Below are positions 39,810 through 49,452 of a DNA stretch of 54,679 bases, in pieces. The number at the start of each line of letters is the position of its first letter. The stretch's first letter is position 1. Source of the stretch: an uncultured Eubacteriales bacterium (lineage in GTDB: Bacteria; Acidobacteriota; Aminicenantia; Aminicenantales; Aminicenantaceae); NCBI GenBank assembly GCA_964540205.1, contig CAZIMJ010000011.1:1-54679 (forward strand), given 5' to 3'. The notes beneath the pieces were generated by a model that saw only the letters and a list, made by a program, of their open reading frames with translations, ran no database searches and was not told the DNA's origin. The translations under genes and the position numbers were made by a program.

Positions 39810-41030
39810 TCAGGATGCCTGCCGATCCAATGGTTCGCTTGTGACTTTCTCTATTGTTCGACTCAAATTATTCCAAAAGGCCTTCAATATTTCCATCCCT
39901 ATTTCATTCGAATATCTATTTTCAATCAGAATTCTTCCTGCTGAAGCAATCTGGTCTCTGTAGTCTCGGTTTTGTAAAAATCTGGAAATCTTTTCCTTGA
40001 AATCGCAAGGATTATTCGCAATGACTATATTCTTCCCATCTTCCACCTCAAGCCCCTCACAGCCTATGGAGGAAGAAACTACAGGGACTCCGGTTGCCAT
40101 GGCTGCGAGTATTTTTATGCGTGTCCCGCTTCCCATTCTCAGGGGAACGACACACACAGCTGCTTGAGAAAGATACGGCCGAATGTCTTCCACATAGCCT
40201 GTCAATGTGACGTCATTTTTTTTTGCATAGAACTCCACTTCTTCTTTAGGCTGGTCACCTACAATTGTTAGATTAACATCAGGAAAATCAGCCTTTAAAA
40301 GCGGCATGACTTCTTGATAAAAATATCGCACAGCATCTCGGTTAGGCTCATACCACATGGTACCGAGATAAACCAGTTTATAGGATTCAGGATCGCATTG
40401 TGAGAAGCGAAAAAAATGCCTATCCACCGTATTGGGGATGACAACCACTTCCTGGCCAGGAATAGACTTCTTCACAATATTCTCATCCTCAGGAGAACAG
40501 ACAAAACAGCAATCGAATTCATTGATCACACGCAATTCATATCTTTTCAGGCGCCAGTAACCCAAAAAATTGTAAGGCTTTTTTAACCAGCCTTTCGAGA
40601 CCTTAACTCTGCGTTCCGAGCGAATAAATTCGAGGTTATGTTCATCGAGTATTTTGAAGACGGGCTCTTTTCTCCTTGCATATTCAGCCATTAAAAGAGT
40701 TTCCGCCACAATGACATCAATCGCTTTTTCTGTGATCAGTTCCTGAACCTTATCCTCAAAACCCTTATGGGACAGTCTTTTGGAAAGCAGTGGTCTAAGG
40801 GAAAAGTGATTCATCCATTTCGACAATGATGACAGCTGAGGCCGATTATAGACATGGATCTCAGTACAGAGGTCCTTCAAATCGCTTCCCCCGACGTTTC
40901 TATCTGCCTCATCGAATGCGATTAAATAGACTTCATGATCATTCAAGGAACGCAGGAGGTTGGCTGTTCTTATCCTGGACCCACTATCTTCCTTGAATGG
41001 CAAGGAATCAGCAACGAGAAGAACTTTCAT
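39810..41030 (-). CDS. Glycosyltransferase family 4
   Basis: DEHN.E, IPN.VD, Y.PN.DA, VPLRMGSGTRIKIL.AMA.G.PVV. Confidence 0.9.
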   Translation of the reverse strand: MKVLLVADSLPFKEDSGSRIRTANLLRSLNDHEVYLIAFDEADRNVGGSDLKDLCTEIHVYNRPQLSSLSKWMNHFSLRPLLSKRLSHKGFEDKVQELITEKAIDVIVAETLLMAEYARRKEPVFKILDEHNLEFIRSERRVKVSKGWLKKPYNFLGYWRLKRYELRVINEFDCCFVCSPEDENIVKKSIPGQEVVVIPNTVDRHFFRFSQCDPESYKLVYLGTMWYEPNRDAVRYFYQEVMPLLKADFPDVNLTIVGDQPKEEVEFYAKKNDVTLTGYVEDIRPYLSQAAVCVVPLRMGSGTRIKILAAMATGVPVVSSSIGCEGLEVEDGKNIVIANNPCDFKEKISRFLQNRDYRDQIASAGRILIENRYSNEIGMEILKAFWNNLSRTIEKVTSEPLDRQAS

Positions 41031-42193
41031 CTTGGTCGATCGAGTAATTCCCTGTAAATCTTTGTGATTTCTTCGACATGTCTGTCAATACCGAAATTAT
41101 CTTCCACATTTTTTTTGGCGTTGGCAGCAAGATTCCGAGCTTTTTTTCTGTCCGCTAACAGCAAAAGCACGGCATCTGCCAACGCTTTTGGATCAGAAGG
41201 CGGGATCAGAATAGCCGATTTCCCCTCCTCCAATAACTCTGGAATTCCTCCTACTCTGGTTGCTACAATAGCCCTCTCTAGCGCGGAAGCCTCCAGCAGG
41301 ATTCTCGGGAATGGTTCAGGATAGATTGCAGGATGCACCAATATGTCCAATCCCATCATGACATCATAAACATCATCTCTGAATCCAGTAAAAATAATCG
41401 TGTCAGCAAGATTTAATTTTTTAGCCAGGATTTCCAATTTCTCCCTGTAGTGTTTTTGATTCTCTACTAAGGTATCTCCTACAATCAGCACCTTCAGAGA
41501 GGGTAGCGATTCCTTTATCAAAGCAGAGCCCTTTATCAAGATCTCCTGTCCCTTGACTGGATCTATAATACCGATGCAGCCGATGACCGGAGCATCTCTC
41601 TCTAAATCAAACTCCCTTCTGATGTCTCTTGAGGTGCTGCGTTTCAGACTCTTTCCGTCTACACCGTTGTACACGACCCGAACCTTGTCCTTCAGAGCCG
41701 GCGATTTCGCTATAATCGAATCCCGGGTAGCGGAGGAAACCGTTATAATCAAGTCTGAAAGGAAATTCAACAACCGGGCCTTCAGCGGATGCGAAAACGG
41801 GCTAAGATAGATATCCCTCACATGAACCACCGATAGAATGCCAGCCATCCTGGCCGCAGTGCCTCCTATGAAGGCCGCTCTAGGCGCATTGGAATGCAGA
41901 ATGCAGGCTTTTTTGGCTTTAATAATACTCCTTAATTTGAAAATTGCTGAGGCTATCTTTGGCAGTTTGTGGAACCGATGTCCCTCACCATATTTTATGA
42001 GCGAGGGCAAGATTAGAGTTTCGATGTTCATCTGTCTGGCTTTATCAGTAAACGGTCCTGATTCAGGAAGAATAAGCACGGGATCAAATCCAACTTTGTC
42101 GATGCCTTCAATCAGGCTGCAGAGGCTGAATTCGGCGCCACTCATTTTAGCAGTCGGGTTTAAATAAAGAACAGTAACATTTTTTGAGGTCAT
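41027..42193 (-). CDS. Glycosyltransferase family 4
   Basis: SGAE, VYNGVD, KGQ, FTGFR.D, EPFPRILLEA. Confidence 0.92.
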   Translation of the reverse strand: MTSKNVTVLYLNPTAKMSGAEFSLCSLIEGIDKVGFDPVLILPESGPFTDKARQMNIETLILPSLIKYGEGHRFHKLPKIASAIFKLRSIIKAKKACILHSNAPRAAFIGGTAARMAGILSVVHVRDIYLSPFSHPLKARLLNFLSDLIITVSSATRDSIIAKSPALKDKVRVVYNGVDGKSLKRSTSRDIRREFDLERDAPVIGCIGIIDPVKGQEILIKGSALIKESLPSLKVLIVGDTLVENQKHYREKLEILAKKLNLADTIIFTGFRDDVYDVMMGLDILVHPAIYPEPFPRILLEASALERAIVATRVGGIPELLEEGKSAILIPPSDPKALADAVLLLLADRKKARNLAANAKKNVEDNFGIDRHVEEITKIYRELLDRPR

Positions 42194-43368
42194 TATGTTT
42201 TGTTCCTTAAAAAAATCTCCTCGTATCTATTAGAGATCGAATCCCAGTTGAACTCTTTGACAACCTTTTCCCTTGAATTCACTCCATATCTTTCCATTTG
42301 CTTGGAGTTCTTCAGTAAAGAAAGCACGGCGTCGGCGAATTTTTCTGGTTTGAGTGGCTCAACCAGAAGTCCATTTTTACCAGAATCGATGACCTCAGGA
42401 ATGGCGGTGGAATTTACGCTCACCACTGCTTTTCCTGAAGCCATGGCCTGAAGCAACACCAGTCCCAAGGTTTCAAAGGTGGAGTGAAACACAAATAGAT
42501 CTGCCATTGCATAATAGAAAGGAAGCTCTCTCTCAGGTATATAACCGGTAAAAATTACGCGAGAAGAAACCCCCAGTTCTCGGGAAAGCTGCATGAGTCG
42601 ATCCTTCTCTGTGCCCTTTCCTCCTATCACCAGATACGCATCTACATGCTTTAACACAGATTGAAAAGCCCTGATTATGATATCCACCCTTTTCCATCTA
42701 TCCAGCCTCTGCATGGCAAAGAGAACTTTTGCATTCCGGGGAATACCCATTTTTTCTCTAGTAAGGCTACCGTCATTCTCGGGTGTATACCTTGCCAAGT
42801 CCACACCAAAGGGCACGACGTCTCCTGTATTCAGGTCTGAATCGCCAAACGCTTGACGGCAATACTCTGAAATGAAGATTTTTTTACCCACCCTCCCGCA
42901 GATCATCCTTGCGTACTTCCTCCAAAAGAGAGGAATTTCAGGTCCAGGAATATCTCTGCCGATGATCGAAAGAACAACAGGCCGCTTTTTAATTCTCTCG
43001 ACGAAAATAGCCGCCAACCCGGTGGGAAGAGCATAAAAGAAATTCACGAGTTCAGGATCGAACTCCCGAATCATGCGCGAGGTCGCTCTGACTGCGCTCA
43101 GAGAAAAGGGAGGAATTATGCCTCTTAATTTCCACTGACCAGGCCAGTTCATGGGATTTACACGATCCTTGAACCTAACTATCTCGAGAGGGGTAAGGTC
43201 AAGATCCGGTTCATCCATTCCATATTCTCTTATCAAACTCTTATCAGGATGTGGAGTCAAGATTTGAATGCGATGACGGTCGGCCAACCTGTGGAATATC
43301 TCATAAATCCCGATCTCGGCACCTCCCATGATGGGGAGAAAAGTGGGTGTAACCACTAAGATTTTCAT
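42193..43368 (-). CDS. Glycosyltransferase family 4
   Basis: GGAE, FGVD, RL..WKR, FTGYI, FETLGLVLLQAM. Confidence 0.92.
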   Translation of the reverse strand: MKILVVTPTFLPIMGGAEIGIYEIFHRLADRHRIQILTPHPDKSLIREYGMDEPDLDLTPLEIVRFKDRVNPMNWPGQWKLRGIIPPFSLSAVRATSRMIREFDPELVNFFYALPTGLAAIFVERIKKRPVVLSIIGRDIPGPEIPLFWRKYARMICGRVGKKIFISEYCRQAFGDSDLNTGDVVPFGVDLARYTPENDGSLTREKMGIPRNAKVLFAMQRLDRWKRVDIIIRAFQSVLKHVDAYLVIGGKGTEKDRLMQLSRELGVSSRVIFTGYIPERELPFYYAMADLFVFHSTFETLGLVLLQAMASGKAVVSVNSTAIPEVIDSGKNGLLVEPLKPEKFADAVLSLLKNSKQMERYGVNSREKVVKEFNWDSISNRYEEIFLRNKT

Positions 43369-44036
43369 GAATGGCGTTTAGAGGCGACAGCGATCAGAGT
43401 CATGAAATATTTTTTTCTGAACGGAAGGGCCCATAAGATTCTTTTTAGAACTTTTGAAACCACAGAAGGAATTCGTAAGTTCTCGCACAGCATGACTTCT
43501 GGACAGACAGGATTTATCCGCCCTAAAAACTGTGTTTCGAATCCATGTTCATGGAGTATCCTGCGGAGGTCTTTTTCGGAAAAAAAATGCTGGTGGGTCC
43601 GATCCACCCAGTGATGAAAAGTCAGACCGGAATCCTTAAAAATGGGATAAAGTTCAGCATCAGGAACGGAAAGTATGACATTTTGTCTTGTTATACGTTT
43701 AAGCTCGGATAGAACCTTTCCGACATCATCCACATGTTCCAGAACTTCAAAACTGATTACCGTATCGAATTCTTCGTCTTTAAAGTGTGTTTTTTGCAGA
43801 TCGCCGGTAGAAAAACGATCCATTGCTTCAGATTCCCAACTCTCCGATTGCAAAAGATCATACCCATATGCGTCATACCCTTGAGATAACATCCACCGGA
43901 CATATTCTCCCGTCGAACAACCTGCATCGAGAGTCTTGGGAAAGGCGTAATTGCGAATGACGTCAAGCCTTGCCGGATTGAGTTGGCCCCATGTACCGAT
44001 CCGGTTCCTTTCTTCAATTAATTTTTCAGTTGTCAA
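43365..44036 (-). CDS. Class I SAM-dependent methyltransferase
   Basis: LDAGCSTG, FEVLEHV; 4-bp overlaps with both neighbours. Confidence 0.88.
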   Translation of the reverse strand: MTTEKLIEERNRIGTWGQLNPARLDVIRNYAFPKTLDAGCSTGEYVRWMLSQGYDAYGYDLLQSESWESEAMDRFSTGDLQKTHFKDEEFDTVISFEVLEHVDDVGKVLSELKRITRQNVILSVPDAELYPIFKDSGLTFHHWVDRTHQHFFSEKDLRRILHEHGFETQFLGRINPVCPEVMLCENLRIPSVVSKVLKRILWALPFRKKYFMTLIAVASKRHS

Positions 44037-44737
44037 GTTTTCTTCCCCAAGAAATACAGTCCCGAAGCGATTCTATGCGCTCCAGGTCGCTTAGCAAATA
44101 GAATATCCAGGTATTTTATCGGGAACGTCATCCAACCTGCTATAAAAATCGCAACAGCATGAGCACGTTTATTTTGTGAAAAGCCGGTAAGGACGCCGGA
44201 AAAATATTCTCTTAGAATCCAACTCAATGCCGAGCTTGGCCCAACGCTGACACCGGACTCTATCCGTGAAAACTTAGAAAGAAGCTTTTCTAAACCCTCT
44301 AGGGAGAACCTGTAAAAATCTTTGGGGCTTGGATGATATCCTTGGATAAACGGAATTTCCACGTATACAATACCTCCTTTCCTCAATGTCCTATGGATTC
44401 CCTCCACGACAGCAACCGGGTCTTCAACATGCTCCAGAACTGCCTGACAGATTATTCCATGAAAACAACCGCTTTTAAAAGGAAGGCATAAAGCATCCCC
44501 CATGACATCGACACTCGAGAAACTATCGATATCAAATTTAACGATTGTTTTTATCTTCTGCGGATCAAGGCTTCTATACCCTAAAAACCTATCTCCACAA
44601 CCCAGATTCAGCAGTATAGGATCCTTAATATCTTTCAGGAGATCATTCAATCTTCCTACCGTTTCTTTAGCTTTAATGTTCAGCGAAACTCCCGGAACAA
44701 AATACAGTTTTTGAAAGAGCCTTTTCATTCGTTTCAT
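44033..44737 (-). CDS. Class I SAM-dependent methyltransferase
   Basis: LNLGCG, GDA..LPF, AVLEHV, PF...YH..P.DF.RF; ATGA overlap supports start at 44737. Confidence 0.88.
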   Translation of the reverse strand: MKRMKRLFQKLYFVPGVSLNIKAKETVGRLNDLLKDIKDPILLNLGCGDRFLGYRSLDPQKIKTIVKFDIDSFSSVDVMGDALCLPFKSGCFHGIICQAVLEHVEDPVAVVEGIHRTLRKGGIVYVEIPFIQGYHPSPKDFYRFSLEGLEKLLSKFSRIESGVSVGPSSALSWILREYFSGVLTGFSQNKRAHAVAIFIAGWMTFPIKYLDILFAKRPGAHRIASGLYFLGKKT

Positions 44738-45435
44738 AACTTGGAGCAAAGATACAGAAAACAATAAGAAAGGTTCAACGGGATAAACGGTCGTAGCACT
44801 CTGTACTTTACAGGGGCCTTGGCGGATTTGTAGTTATATTTTAATACTTTCTCAATTTTAAAACCATTATTCTCTAACAACGACTTCCATTCTTCCTTCG
44901 TTGCCCATCGATCGATTTCTTGAGCTGTAATTCTCCCAGTGGTCCCGGTTTTGAGGACATTCCAGACTGTCAATATGAAATAGCTGTTGGGAAGCAAAAA
45001 AGCAGCCCGTCCCCTTTTCTTCAAAATCCGATGCATTTCATGAAGGCCTTTTACAGGGTCAATAAAATGTTCAAGGCTTCCTAGGTTTGTTGTAACATCG
45101 AAAGATTCACCTTGAAAAGGCAGTGCTTCAGCATCTCCGCAAATCACTTTAGTCTTAAAGGAATCACGCTTTACAAGACCGAGAGCTTCAAGGGAGATAT
45201 CAATGCCCACACTATCTATCCCATGCTTTTCAGCTTCTTTTAGTAAATACCCCCCTCCACATGCAACATCCAAAATCCGTTCGTCTTTTGCTGTTTTCAA
45301 CTCATTAAACACCCATCGGTAATGCTCTTCCGATTCCTGTATAGGACTCTTCTTGTAGATCCGGTCATAGACTTCTCTGATCTTTTTTTGGTTATATCTG
45401 TTTTTTGATGCTAAAATGTCCATGTACGACGGCAT
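44734..45435 (-). CDS. Class I SAM-dependent methyltransferase
   Basis: ILDVACGGG, GDAE.LPF, GSLEHF. Confidence 0.9.
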   Translation of the reverse strand: MPSYMDILASKNRYNQKKIREVYDRIYKKSPIQESEEHYRWVFNELKTAKDERILDVACGGGYLLKEAEKHGIDSVGIDISLEALGLVKRDSFKTKVICGDAEALPFQGESFDVTTNLGSLEHFIDPVKGLHEMHRILKKRGRAAFLLPNSYFILTVWNVLKTGTTGRITAQEIDRWATKEEWKSLLENNGFKIEKVLKYNYKSAKAPVKYRVLRPFIPLNLSYCFLYLCSKL

Positions 45436-45484
45436 CTCTAGTAGATACTGTTATACACAAAATTTTTCAAAAAATCTAAGCCTT

Positions 45485-45781
45485 TTAACAACTTACATTA
45501 CAGTCGTACTGATCTTTCTTGCCCCCTGGTAAATATTTTCGATCAAACAAAGGATTGTATAGTTCCACACCAAAAAGTTCGCTCGGGAAGGGCAACCGGA
45601 AAATCTGTTTTGTTTTCTCTAATGTCTTGTCATAAAAAGAATGACAACGATCAGAATTCACATAGAATTTAATGACAGGAGGCTCTATATTCCGATGCAA
45701 TACCAAGACCTCTTTATCTTGTGGATCTTTTTCTTTGCGCAATTGGCTGAATGCGGAGTTGGAGAGGAGGTATCGGGTACG
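45485..45781 (-). pseudogene. In-frame C-terminal continuation of the GT-C gene beyond its TGA (partial duplicate of its periplasmic domain)
   Basis: Frame stays open for 98 codons after TGA 45782-45784; VLHRNIEPP...SFYD and YNPLFDRKY match SINHYIEPP...SFYD and LNKFFDQKY upstream. Confidence 0.65.
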
Positions 45782-47662
45782 TCAATATCTTTTGTAAAAG
45801 TCTTCCGGTAGAAATCTGAAAAACAATACATTTTTACGACGTTCGACAAGAGGATCATAACGTTTTCTGATATATGCCTGATTCTGGTTAAAAATCTCAG
45901 AAAATTTGAATGAATATTTCTGATCAAAAAACTTGTTCAACTCTTTACGTTTCTCCTGATCAATCAATACTGTAGGGATCTCCTCAGACGACTTCAGATA
46001 GTCTTTATATTTTTTATCAATAGCCTTTAATTGAGGGCTTCCTATTGAAATTGGCAGATTGATGTTAGATTTGAAGTAGAGAAGCATCAGTTCATCAAGA
46101 TAACTTTTTCTTTCTTGAGAATACACTGTGCCGCAAATGATTATTCTTTTGCCAAAAGTGTCATCTGCTTCAATAATCCTAGCTTGCCATTTATTCGCTA
46201 TAACAACATCAATTTCCTCTTTCAGATCGTAGAATTCCTTCATGGCCAAGTCATCCGGCTCACCTAGATAAGGATAGTCATAGAAGCTGTAATCAACTTT
46301 TCTAAAATAATAAAAAAGATTGGGGGGTTCTATATAGTGATTAATGGAGAGAATTTCCCATGAAGGGTGCTCATACTCATGTATTAAATATGCAGCTGCT
46401 TTTGTCCCCGGGTCCTCGATCATTCCCCTCTCCCCAATTATTTTCACATCCATTCGAGGTTGAATGTCGAATAGAACTGTCACTGTTCCATAGAGTGTCA
46501 TAATGAAAACCAGCAATAGTAAAGAGAAAGCAGGCTTCCAACGCCATTTATTGATGACAACAATCAAAAACAATACAATAAAATAACAGCTCATTGTCAT
46601 ATACCCTCTTACCACAGTGACTTTATGAGGGGTCCCAAAGAGTAAAGGGGCGAGGTAAATAAATGCACAAAAAAGGAGTAACTTGCTTTCTCTGGTTCTT
46701 GTGTTTTGCAAAACAAGAAATAATATCAGGGAAAGGATAAAAATTATGAAGATAGGCAACCCTAGATTTGCAATAAATCCTTTAAGATGATCAAAAAGGT
46801 AAAATCCCAATCTGGTAGGCTTGGACCGGGTTCTAGCGAGGGCAAATATGTAGAGAGGAAAAAATAAAACCGGGAAAAGCCAAACAAGTCGCACTACAGT
46901 TACTTTTAATCCTTCAAAGAGTATATTTAAAAAATTCAGGGTTTTCACACCGAATTTATTTCCAGGCTTGCCTTTAGGACTCTCTGATTGAGGTCTTGAA
47001 TATAGGAAAATCACCATAAAAAAGACAAAGATAAAAGGCACAATATAGATATGTGAAATAAGATACAAACCTAGAAATAGCGACGCTATCAGAGCTTTTT
47101 TTGTACTAGGCTGTTTAAAGAAATCGATGAGTTTCCATATTGCTACACTTATGAATAAAGCGCCAAGTATCTCATATCCATATAAAAATCTCGATTGAAA
47201 CACATGAATGGGCAAAACACTTATTAACGCTGCACCTAGAAGAGCCTTTCTTCGATTACATTTCATTTTTGTTAAAAACAAGTAAACGATTGGTATTTGA
47301 AAGGTTCCTATTAACGCAATCGGTAATTTCCACCAGAATTCGGTCATGCTCTCTCGAAAAAGAGAAAGAACGTGCACGAATAGCTCTTCAATAACATTAA
47401 TTAGAATCCCAAAATTCTCTAAAAGCATCCATGTCCACCCGGGAAAAACGATAATCTTCACAGTCAGTTGCGCGTTATCTGATGACTGGAAGGTGTTTCC
47501 TAGATAGAGGATTCTGATTGCTGCACCTATGGTGGTGATTAAAATCAATGGAATTAGTGATTTCCAAAGCTTAACACCGGAATTCGACAATGATTTTCTG
47601 TATAACACTTCTCTACCCTGAGATATATTAACAAAAAAGATGGGATTAACAAAAACTTTCAT
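45782..47662 (-). CDS. GT-C-fold (PMT/ArnT-like) membrane glycosyltransferase
   Basis: GAAIR..YL plus an acidic residue in the first loop (SSDN), P.AL.G, P.H...SR...YE motifs, about 11 TM then a soluble domain; start uncertain. Confidence 0.7.
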   Translation of the reverse strand: MKVFVNPIFFVNISQGREVLYRKSLSNSGVKLWKSLIPLILITTIGAAIRILYLGNTFQSSDNAQLTVKIIVFPGWTWMLLENFGILINVIEELFVHVLSLFRESMTEFWWKLPIALIGTFQIPIVYLFLTKMKCNRRKALLGAALISVLPIHVFQSRFLYGYEILGALFISVAIWKLIDFFKQPSTKKALIASLFLGLYLISHIYIVPFIFVFFMVIFLYSRPQSESPKGKPGNKFGVKTLNFLNILFEGLKVTVVRLVWLFPVLFFPLYIFALARTRSKPTRLGFYLFDHLKGFIANLGLPIFIIFILSLILFLVLQNTRTRESKLLLFCAFIYLAPLLFGTPHKVTVVRGYMTMSCYFIVLFLIVVINKWRWKPAFSLLLLVFIMTLYGTVTVLFDIQPRMDVKIIGERGMIEDPGTKAAAYLIHEYEHPSWEILSINHYIEPPNLFYYFRKVDYSFYDYPYLGEPDDLAMKEFYDLKEEIDVVIANKWQARIIEADDTFGKRIIICGTVYSQERKSYLDELMLLYFKSNINLPISIGSPQLKAIDKKYKDYLKSSEEIPTVLIDQEKRKELNKFFDQKYSFKFSEIFNQNQAYIRKRYDPLVERRKNVLFFRFLPEDFYKRY

Positions 47663-47763
47663 AACAACGCTGGAGGAGGGAAATGTGATGGCGACCTGTT
47701 ACTTTGCCAAAGTTATCGTGGGGAATATTTGGTGCCAATTTTTAAAATTTAGGGGAAAGAAAT

Positions 47764-47792
47764 TTGACCATGTTTTTTCCCTGTGATATAAG
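47764..47792 (+). promoter_or_regulatory. Putative sigma70 promoter for the murJ-like gene
   Basis: TTGACC, 17 bp, TATAAG with extended -10 TG. Confidence 0.5.
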
Positions 47793-47911
47793 CTAAAAGA
47801 ATTTATCACGTAAAGCATTAAGGAGAATGTGATTTTCAGCCTAAACTAAAAGTCTGCTTCACTTGACTATTAAGGAGCATACTTCTTTAACTCAAAAGTC
47901 GCCCAATAAGT

Positions 47912-49420
47912 ATGAAATCAACAGAGGGAAAAACACTAAAATCCAGCATAATCATCAGCCTTTTTACTTTGTTGACCAGCGTATTTAATTATCTTGCTCT
48001 TTTCCTTTTAGCGGCTACCTTTGGGACAAGAATGGAAATGGATGCCTATTTTGCAGCCATAACTATCCCTCAAATCATCACACTTATTCTGCTTGCAACA
48101 TTATCCACAACGTTTATTCCAGTTTTTATTGAAGTAAGGTCGACAGATGAACCTCGGGCATGGAAGTTGGCAAGCATATCTGTAAATTTAGTTTTTTTCC
48201 TACTGCTTATACTAGCCCTCATAGGCTACATTTTATCAAAAAATGTGATCACGCAAGTGAATCCAGGCTTTCCAGAAGAGACTTCAAGTCTTGCGAGTTC
48301 TCTTTTTAGAATATTCCTCATTTCTGTTGTATTTTCAGGCACATCTATCATACTAAGCAGCTTATATTATGCGCACCAGCGATTTGTTAAAGCTCCACTT
48401 ACACAGTGGCTGAGTAGTTTTGTGACTTTTCTTTTCGTCGTCTCTTTGCGTTCGAGTTTAGGGATAAAAAGTATTGCTGTGGGGATGTTGGCAGGTTCTC
48501 TTATTCAGTTCTTCTCCCTTCTTTCCATTTTATTGAGACGATACAGTCCTTCATTTAATTTTAAAGACAAAGAGATTGTGAAGTTGGCTAGGTTAATCAT
48601 TCCACTCCTTATTGGATCAATTTTTTATAGGTCAAATACACTTGTGGAACGGTTCATTGCTTCCAAATTAGGTGAAGGCAGTATTTCCTATCTCGGATAT
48701 GCGTACAAGATAATCATCGCATTCGTCCTGTTAATAAATCAGGGAATTTCCACAGTTCTTTTTCCGAGGATGTCTGAGTATTCAGCTGTCGGAGATTTTG
48801 AGGGACTAAAAGAGATACTTTCTAAGGGAATTAGAGCTTTAATTGTGATTACAGTGCCTATTGTATTTATGATAATTTTTGCTAGACTTGAATTGGTTCA
48901 AATAATTTTTGAAAGAGGCAATTTTAGCCATCAAGATACCATAGCTGTGAGTAAGGCACTCATCGCTTACCTGGGATTTTTCATAGTTAGCGCAATCGTA
49001 CTCCCGCTTGTTAACACTTTGTATTCTCTCCAAGAAACATTTAAAGTAGCTGTAGTAGGTGTATTCGGATTCACACTTTATGTTTTTTTGGCCTTTTTGC
49101 TATCTGATTACCTTTCCTATACGGGGATAGCACTGGCAGTCTCGATACAATATCTCATCAGCCTCATTGTTTTTATATTTATTGTTCGGATGGAATTGGG
49201 CAAATTTGAATTAAGAACTATTATTCGATGCATTTTTAAAGCAGTTATCTCTTCAGGATTGGCTTCCCTTGCTATTTTTTCAATACGTAAACTACTGATC
49301 TTTCCGATTGAACACCCCTTCGATTTAATGATATTTGGGGTGTTAGGTTTTGCTTTTTATTTTTTAATCTTGAAAATCTTAAAGGCTGAAGAATTGAAAT
49401 TTTTATCAATCAAAACATGA
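47912..49420 (+). CDS. MurJ/MviN-family (MOP) flippase, probably for a surface glycan rather than lipid II
   Basis: FG....DAYF.A..IP, FIPVF, PGF, AS.L.EG.ISYL.YA, FERG.F...DT. Confidence 0.85.
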   Translation: MKSTEGKTLKSSIIISLFTLLTSVFNYLALFLLAATFGTRMEMDAYFAAITIPQIITLILLATLSTTFIPVFIEVRSTDEPRAWKLASISVNLVFFLLLILALIGYILSKNVITQVNPGFPEETSSLASSLFRIFLISVVFSGTSIILSSLYYAHQRFVKAPLTQWLSSFVTFLFVVSLRSSLGIKSIAVGMLAGSLIQFFSLLSILLRRYSPSFNFKDKEIVKLARLIIPLLIGSIFYRSNTLVERFIASKLGEGSISYLGYAYKIIIAFVLLINQGISTVLFPRMSEYSAVGDFEGLKEILSKGIRALIVITVPIVFMIIFARLELVQIIFERGNFSHQDTIAVSKALIAYLGFFIVSAIVLPLVNTLYSLQETFKVAVVGVFGFTLYVFLAFLLSDYLSYTGIALAVSIQYLISLIVFIFIVRMELGKFELRTIIRCIFKAVISSGLASLAIFSIRKLLIFPIEHPFDLMIFGVLGFAFYFLILKILKAEELKFLSIKT

Positions 49421-49452
49421 CGTATTTGCACAAGTTTCCAGGCCTATGAAAA

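Noticed and set aside
45740-45784. Selenocysteine recoding of the in-frame TGA
   Set aside because: No convincing SECIS-like hairpin directly 3' of the TGA, and no redox or Cys-equivalent context.
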